DNA from: an uncultured virus (IMG/VR IMGVR_UViG_3300042908_001353)
Taxonomy: Duplodnaviria; Heunggongvirae; Uroviricota; Caudoviricetes
IMG/VR virus record: IMGVR_UViG_3300042908_001353
Direction: 5' to 3' (one strand)
DNA length: 20,000 nt
Every line of letters starts with the position of its first letter. The stretch's first letter is position 1. A model generated the notes under the pieces. That model made no database searches and had not been told where the DNA came from. It saw only the letters and a program-made list of their open reading frames with translations. This document shows, piece after piece, positions 16,601 to 20,000 of this stretch. The position numbers were made by a program, and so were the translations under genes.

Positions 16601-17393
16601 CGGGAGATTTATAAACTACACCTGTTGCGTAATAATCAAGACCAATATTTTCAATTTCTTTTTCGTTCAATTCTTGCCAACCATTTTCTTCAAACCAATC
16701 AAAAAAATTACCCATTTTTTTTTCTGATTCTTCTCTCATTATTTTTCCCCCACCATTAAATCGAATGTCGGGGTTATTCTCATCGAATGTAGTATTCGTT
16801 CCATCGGCAAGTTTTATTTGATTAGATTCAAATGCGACAATTATTCTTTTTTTATCTTTTTCTCTAATAAATTCTATACCATTAAAATCTCTTTCTCTTG
16901 CTTTATCTATGTATAAATTTTCAAAATATGGTGTACTCCAATTCTCATCTGATACTTCTCCTACCCAACTTGAAGGGTACATTTTTTTTATATTCAAGAA
17001 ATATGATTTTGATATTTCATATTTAGATTCATTAACATCTTGTATTATTTGTTCTACACTTAAACCTTGTTGCATTAAGTTTTTAATCCAATTCGGATAT
17101 TCACCTTTATTAAGTAATTCTAAAACGCTTATTTTAGAAAATTCATCATCTTTTTTGTTTTCAGTAAAAAAAAAGCCGTGTGATACTCCTTTAAGTTCAA
17201 ATATATTAAATTCTGAATCAGAAAAATGATAAACAACGAGAGGTTCTCCGTTAGAATCAATTACTTTACTTGCGGTTTCGGGAGAATTTTCCCAATCACC
17301 GAACCAATCCTTAAATGCCTTTGTACGAACTAATTTGTATTGTTCGGGTGTCAAGTTACTTGGCTTACCATTTGGTGCTAATAATTTATTCAT
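10680..17393 (-). CDS. Giant polyvalent protein (~2237 aa): ART-GNAT-ART-ART-ART-WCT domain-LRR-helical module-DUF6496-like-ParB-like-C-terminal domain
   Basis: ATG 17393 (MNKLLAPNGK) is preferred over TTG 17426. Four VRT.EFK.WFGDWE...GEP..YH...GF[FY]FT...F..NQIK units resemble ART-PolyVal. GNAT: KGKGHGT...LIKFYKNAGF. LRR: LGNLxxIGG units. DUF6496-like: VMREYKQGELK...PKQAIAIALSEA. ParB-like: EPLII...LIEGNHRL. Confidence 0.9.
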   Translation of the reverse strand: MNKLLAPNGKPSNLTPEQYKLVRTKAFKDWFGDWENSPETASKVIDSNGEPLVVYHFSDSEFNIFELKGVSHGFFFTENKKDDEFSKISVLELLNKGEYPNWIKNLMQQGLSVEQIIQDVNESKYEISKSYFLNIKKMYPSSWVGEVSDENWSTPYFENLYIDKARERDFNGIEFIREKDKKRIIVAFESNQIKLADGTNTTFDENNPDIRFNGGGKIMREESEKKMGNFFDWFEENGWQELNEKEIENIGLDYYATGVVYKSPDKNISFGFSQSARLVLDNGLVKKIILKYDKLPVIILDSLIVKEKGKGHGTKAIKLLTELADKFGIEIQVQPSPLIDVEQYLDKDQLIKFYKNAGFQSIDGQNNYEILKYNSKELTKDTENKYADGGLIAPNGKPSNLTPEQYKLVRTPEFKAWFGDWENSPETASKVVDSNGEPLPVYHGTDNDFNTFDKSKIGLNHWQSKSDLYGGGFFFTDKKNKAFRGKVKEVFLKIEKPLLNVFEDEYGYEVDYYHATDNFDLNSTSYFQRAKENCNNGIIIKTPRGSLYVAFEPNQIKLADGTNTTFDAGNPDIRYAKGGLIAPNGKPSNLTPEQYKLVRTPEFKAWFGDWENDPANASKVIDENGEPKVKWRGDNNPKNVFDYINYGGHGVYYFGDLGFAESFGDKLRTYFINCRNPFLPNKTTEKEEKEIRKILQKDSDKILMEQVKQNGFNDLYDFLDNYYLIEAGLNENSNPLDILLYQLKNGINYFILEMNPIIEWIKNNDYDGYESYEGNNDNIAVFNSNQIKLADGTNTTFDGNNPDIRYAGGGLIAPNGKPSGLYFTEIYNLVRTKEFKNWFGDWEEAYKTKDYEGVSKIIDENGEPLICVHNTPKEFYEFDEYEIGKNTDAGYYGKGFYFTPNVGQSRYGEIELNCFLNIKNPYFNKSSYRNYQLNSDELKNQGYDGVVVYPNWIENMSFENGVDSCEEIVVYYPEQIKLGDGRNTTFDNYNSDIRFNGGGNLEKNKNMENTNKNMENKFGKGGKIQGNTTPQGFVHQEQQKYARIGVTDKYKIEAFITMGIQGVNFDSDSLEEKLKNEVEKLYATYTDYVISEDSKGIDAFFLADIRQAQINQEPTSVIDQIKENQQNQQKRLEKVNQLAESQKYTLESWIYYFKDNLYPNEFIYLMFSAILKFNYNLNKQQLLSRTKITTTNITSFSASALAKLFTSKSNELLKDYIEILAEEGQNLVNEVVTIQADGGTWFTFLGKGNANDLEIKENAEKLTAFVQNTKWCTTSYALDQLVGTGIYQGQGGNFYVFAEKTENGLQPEIAIRMNHDLVGEISGTLEGQNISPYYSEIAKRFCRLNIGNNSAEEYIDKLNYNIKVGDSIKRLEDEGMYPTIMEDYLYVVKNKDGVGKGKYSENPTNINFFQTVNTAISNLPNQFFQAEEFADNLSNLTPNTRYYLGDLMLNDTNAFDLGNSNLYEILGNLTINNDSTSFGQLKKIGGNLIIGSRTIQSFDSIELIGGELKFQGTNLGLTSFGNLTNYGGDIDCVSIFTNVISLGNLEECGNLIIGENSALESTGNLKKAKSIICNSSKEVAFPNLIEVENQALFNKCQSTELPNLQSVGTNFSINGSRIKSFPNLTYIGANADFGNNFTKTTQNIERILGDVNLLNSRISEFTNLKYIKGKIEFKSSLIASLGSLERIDGGFILEENTKLIDLGNLTYIGGICVIKNSALQSLNKLEKIIQFAVFTNSSLKDLGNLESIGGSAYFDRTELKNLGKLKYIGGDTIKFGNRTDLEAEWKRIKSDEIDLINFENENNFETGGELKNQNGIYLAISISLLTRLLELSNEELKNDLQIHKIIENISNLSNKKLNIDDYNQIIQGVENYSKGGQTEAQKEKISEVMREYKQGELKTSYGEKVTNPKQAIAIALSEANVPKKEEGGKIICAYGEVPLNMEDYWFSEDSKVELVPVNQLLKFKQFDRYKEPKWNTNDSNLTIKSLEKSFLGEGIKEPLIIEYSTEDNSVLLIEGNHRLQTALNMGCDYLPARVVLRKSPFGKVSKTRSMQVDGIKANEYGYISSDLRPSDVGISGTKKIYKEGGIIEGQLHSECNDETGCGRKFEVGDGGHIIEAERDEAVLVANAFNDNNIYTIEGTFSQIASAINVLGGGKNFDTGAKVYKGNSTINIENIQPQAENTDVDDVIVSGSIIINRRTMADTNKYSVKGTLKQIASLINNYNNNGVKITDGGTLKKL
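11154..11609 (-). other. ParB/Srx-like N-terminal domain module
   Basis: SLEKSFLGEGIKEPLII...LLIEGNHRLQTALNMG...LPARV; bounded by KEEGG and YKEGG. Confidence 0.8.
11625..11765 (-). other. DUF6496-like module
   Basis: KISEVMREYKQGELKTSYGEKVTNPKQAIAIALSEA matches my recollection of the DUF6496 pattern; bounded by YSKGG and KEEGG. Confidence 0.7.
12060..13100 (-). repeat. ~22-aa leucine-rich repeat region
   Basis: Repeats such as SLGSLERIDGGF, DLGNLTYIGGIC, DLGNLESIGGSA, NLGKLKYIGGD, SFPNLTYIGANA. Confidence 0.85.
14397..17393 (-). repeat. Four ART-like cassettes with conserved ends and divergent cores: 16746-17393, 15657-16223, 14964-15656, 14397-14963
   Basis: Each begins L[IL]APNGKPS and ends QIKL[AG]DG.NTTFD..N[PS]DIR[YF]xxGG. 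A 39-nt exact match lies at 16125-16163 and 15558-15596. Confidence 0.92.
16239..16745 (-). other. GNAT acetyltransferase module within the polyvalent protein
   Basis: IILDSLIVKEKGKGHGTKAIKLLTELADK (motif A) and LIKFYKNAGF (motif B); bounded by FNGGG and YADGG. Confidence 0.8.
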
Positions 17394-17404
17394 TAAAAAA
17401 ATAA

Positions 17405-17423
17405 TTATATTTGTCAAAGATAA
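17405..17423. promoter_or_regulatory. Overlapping bidirectional Bacteroidota-type -7 elements
   Basis: TATATTTG on + (17406-17413) and TATCTTTG on - (17422-17415) form the imperfect palindrome ttatatttg-t-caaagataa in the 53-nt gap between divergent genes. Confidence 0.65.
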
Positions 17424-17446
17424 CAAGTTAAATTAAAAATTTTATT

Positions 17447-18214
17447 ATGGATTTGGTTAATTACAAAAATTTGAAAAAAGCCGATTGGCAAACATTGGCT
17501 ACAAAATTTAATGTTGAGTGGACAGATGAAAGTGTTGTTAGATACTTGGTTGAAAAAATTGCTGAAAAAATTGGTGTTGATGATAAAATTTCAAGCGACA
17601 ACTTAATTAAAAAAGAAGTGTGCGAAAAATTATTGAATAATCCCGATTTAATGAATCAACCAACAAAAGAAAAAGTAGTAAAAGCAAAAACTACAAAAAC
17701 AAAAGTTTCAAAACCGAAAGAAACAAAAGTACCTGTTTTATCACGTTTAGAAGAATTACGTTTGGAATGTGAAAAATATGGTGTTGCTTGGGTAGATAAA
17801 CATACCGAAGAAGGTTTAGAGCAACTATTAACTGCAATAAAAAGTGCAGGGGTTACTCCAATAAGTACCGATACATTTGAAATAAGTTCAGATAATGTGG
17901 ATTCAATTAGTAGCGTAACTACAATTCAACAAACTGAATCAAACAAAGCCGAAACGCCTACAATTTATACATCAAATAATGGGGTTTTATTAAACTACCG
18001 AAATATTTATTTGAACGCAATTCGTGGTCATTTCCGTTGTTTATTTGCTCACGAAATTGAAGAAATGATTTCACGGGATAATGTGCCTTTCACTTATGCA
18101 GTAAAGTTAAACCCACAACAAAGAAATAAAGTCGAAATTATATTAACTATGGGTACTGAAAGTGTTCGTGTACCAAGTGATAATAATAATGATTGGATAG
18201 AAATTAACGGATAG
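17447..18214 (+). CDS. Hypothetical protein (255 aa) with two short helix-extension-helix (LEM/SAP/Rho-N-like) modules
   Basis: KADWQTLATKFNVEW...YLVEKI and LEELRLECEKYGVAW...GLEQLL, joined by a Lys-rich linker. It has its own candidate promoter and terminator. The fold call is tentative. Confidence 0.8.
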   Translation: MDLVNYKNLKKADWQTLATKFNVEWTDESVVRYLVEKIAEKIGVDDKISSDNLIKKEVCEKLLNNPDLMNQPTKEKVVKAKTTKTKVSKPKETKVPVLSRLEELRLECEKYGVAWVDKHTEEGLEQLLTAIKSAGVTPISTDTFEISSDNVDSISSVTTIQQTESNKAETPTIYTSNNGVLLNYRNIYLNAIRGHFRCLFAHEIEEMISRDNVPFTYAVKLNPQQRNKVEIILTMGTESVRVPSDNNNDWIEING

Positions 18215-18264
18215 AAAATACGCTTTGTTCAATCGTTCTTTTCTGAATTTTATTTTCCGTTATT

Positions 18265-18288
18265 ACCCCGATTTTTCGGGGTTTTTTT
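18265..18288 (+). terminator. Rho-independent terminator
   Basis: Stem ACCCCGA / loop TTTT / TCGGGGT followed by a T run, 50 nt after the stop at 18214 and between convergent genes. Confidence 0.85.
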
Positions 18289-18315
18289 ATATCCTATACC
18301 AAGAATAAATGGTAT

Positions 18316-18669
18316 TTACAGGACTTTATGGAAATCATTATTTTCGGAATTAATTGCATATCCATTTATAAACAACATATTTTTAATCATTTCAATATAG
18401 GAGAAAAAACATACCCTTTCGTCTTTTGTAAATTCAGCATCGTTAGGTATATGACCGAAAATTAAATCGAAATTATTTTTCTCTGCATATTCTTGAATCA
18501 TATTGAGTAATGCTTTTCCGTTACCCCTGTTGCGTTTTTTAATATCAACTGATAAATGCTTTAAGAAAATAGGTTTAGATGCTTTTAAGCCATATTCTTG
18601 TGCGTGTTCGGAAGTGGTTTCATAAAATTTAATCTCTAATCCTTCGTGTTCTAATTCTACTGATTTCAT
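18316..18669 (-). CDS. Stand-alone GNAT-family acetyltransferase (117 aa)
   Basis: IFLKHLSVDIKKRNRGNGKALLNMIQEYAEK is an acetyl-CoA binding motif A (RxxGxG). Confidence 0.8.
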   Translation of the reverse strand: MKSVELEHEGLEIKFYETTSEHAQEYGLKASKPIFLKHLSVDIKKRNRGNGKALLNMIQEYAEKNNFDLIFGHIPNDAEFTKDERVCFFSYIEMIKNMLFINGYAINSENNDFHKVL

Positions 18670-18995
18670 TAGTTAAAAATTGTTTCTTGTTGGTATTCCC
18701 ACATTTTATATTCTTCGGCAAAACTATCTTTTAATACTACCATAAAAATATCTTCTTGAAATTCTACATTTTCAAATAATTTTTCCTTGTTTAGTTTACA
18801 AGTAATTTCATTTAATACATCGTTATATTCGTCTATGTAGGTTGGCGTAAAAAATGGCAAATGGCTTTTGTGATTTATTTTACTTTGAAATTCGGAAAAT
18901 ATTATTGATAATAACAAATTGAAACGCACTAAATAGTCGTATTCACTATTAGAACTTAACACAAAATAGCATAAATCTTCTAAATCACTCTGCAT
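18669..18995 (-). CDS. Hypothetical protein (~108-120 aa; start uncertain)
   Basis: ORF track gives 19031; ATG 18995 (MQSD) or 19007 reduces the overlap with the upstream gene. Its stop overlaps the GNAT start (TAATG coupling). Confidence 0.7.
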   Translation of the reverse strand: MQSDLEDLCYFVLSSNSEYDYLVRFNLLLSIIFSEFQSKINHKSHLPFFTPTYIDEYNDVLNEITCKLNKEKLFENVEFQEDIFMVVLKDSFAEEYKMWEYQQETIFN

Positions 18996-20000
18996 TTTCG
19001 GATTCATAATCAACGCTATAAATATTATCAATTATTTCAACATTTTGCTCATTTATTGAAAAATTTTCAATTATGCTTTTATACGCATTATTGCCCATAC
19101 GCTTTAACTCGGATTTATTTTCCAAGAAAAAACGTATTTTATCAATCATATCGTCTTTTTTATTTATTACAATTCCATTATCTCCATCACGCATTATTGC
19201 ATTGTATGGAAAAGCATCAATTACCATTAAGGGTATTTGAAATAAACCTGCTTCTAAATACTTATTGTAGTTTTCCGATGTTTCATTAAATGTGGTTTTT
19301 TTCAATGGAACAAAAAGTATATCAAGTTGTAGGTTTCTTAATTGTTTATAGTAGTGAATTATTGTGCAAGGTTTTATTTGCTCGAACTTAAATCCATCGG
19401 GAAAACAATTTTTCTTTGTAAAGTGGTCTATGCCATCAAATCCTATTAAAAAGAATTTTACTTTATCGCCAAATTCGGTTTGTATTTTGTTAAATGTTTC
19501 TTTGTAAGATGCTAAATCATCCCAAGTGTAATTAGTGGCAACAATACCTATTCGCATAGTTTTTTGTTCTTCTATACTTAATTCCTGTTGGTCTAATTCG
19601 ATATTTTCTAAAATTATTTCTTCATCTACAAGGAGTGGTAAAGTACCTACTGAAACATAACTTTCTTGACCTTTGAATTTATTTTCGGATAAATCTTTTA
19701 ATTTTTCTAATAATACTTCCGTTAATTTATTATTCGTAACAAAAGTCAAATCCGAATTAAATATATTTTTTTCAATATTTTCTATTGCATTTCTTTCCTT
19801 AAACTCTTTTTGTAGGGGGTGGTTTTTTGGCAGTTCATAGTAATTGAAATCAACATTAAATACAATGTTAATATCGGGGTTTATTTTTCGTATGCTTTCA
19901 TAACTTTCGGTTAGGTCATCGAAAATAAATGGAAACACAATATAGTCCGCCCAAAGTATTTGAACTGAATGTAAAGGTATTTTTATTGGTTCATATTCCT
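18985..20000 (-). CDS. GT-B fold glycosyltransferase (GT4/Glycos_transf_1-like), 5' end outside the window
   Basis: LDILFVPL..TTFN...NYNKYLEAG...IP...PY...DGDNG...LKRMGNNAY. The frame stays open upstream of GTG 19938 to the edge (EYEPIKIPLHSVQILWADYIV). Confidence 0.85.
   Translation of the reverse strand, partial: EYEPIKIPLHSVQILWADYIVFPFIFDDLTESYESIRKINPDINIVFNVDFNYYELPKNHPLQKEFKERNAIENIEKNIFNSDLTFVTNNKLTEVLLEKLKDLSENKFKGQESYVSVGTLPLLVDEEIILENIELDQQELSIEEQKTMRIGIVATNYTWDDLASYKETFNKIQTEFGDKVKFFLIGFDGIDHFTKKNCFPDGFKFEQIKPCTIIHYYKQLRNLQLDILFVPLKKTTFNETSENYNKYLEAGLFQIPLMVIDAFPYNAIMRDGDNGIVINKKDDMIDKIRFFLENKSELKRMGNNAYKSIIENFSINEQNVEIIDNIYSVDYESENAE

Noticed and set aside
1108..17229. Short plus-strand ORFs in the track (1108, 1359, 2577, 4468, 6112-6954, 8266, 10272, 12301, 14211-17229) and 19056..19289
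   Set aside because: They lie antisense to long, motif-bearing minus-strand genes and have F/L/S/I-rich shadow-frame composition
14397..17393. Repeats with variable interiors as a CRISPR array or DGR template/variable repeat
   Set aside because: Units are 567-693 nt in-frame coding domains with largely synonymous differences, not adenine-specific ones. No reverse transcriptase or cas gene is in the window.
17394..17426. TTG start at 17426 for the giant protein
   Set aside because: The extension overlaps the candidate promoter palindrome. ATG 17393 matches the start of the repeat unit.
1..20000. Eukaryotic giant-virus origin suggested by GG-type processing and LRRs
   Set aside because: Operon-like 4-11 nt gaps, TAATG coupling, a Rho-independent terminator and Bacteroidota-type promoter elements favour a bacterial virus. 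Not strictly excluded without hallmark genes.
1..20000. tRNA, rRNA, integrase or transposase
   Set aside because: No supporting motifs; the intergenic gaps are short and AT-rich

Overview
AT-rich, densely coding window that looks viral (phage-like). The host is probably a Bacteroidota bacterium, judging from TAnnTTTG promoter elements and A-rich starts without Shine-Dalgarno sites. From 17393 to the left edge, a minus-strand cluster encodes: a ~2240-aa polyvalent protein (4x ART-PolyVal-like ADP-ribosyltransferase, GNAT, WCT-motif domain, LRR, DUF6496-like, ParB-like, C-terminal domain); a 1737-aa DarB-like SNF2 helicase with no methyltransferase; two proteins with a transmembrane segment; and a >=896-aa modular protein missing from the ORF track (<1..2688). 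The strongest signal is a [Y/F/M]-x-x-G-G pentapeptide. I located 22 copies plus 2 variants in five of these proteins, and it falls at domain boundaries, like a polyprotein cleavage or virion-targeting delimiter. The right end has a divergent gene with a terminator, a stand-alone GNAT, a hypothetical protein and a GT-B glycosyltransferase cut by the window edge. I found no GATC site. All family calls come from motif recognition by eye, not database searches.
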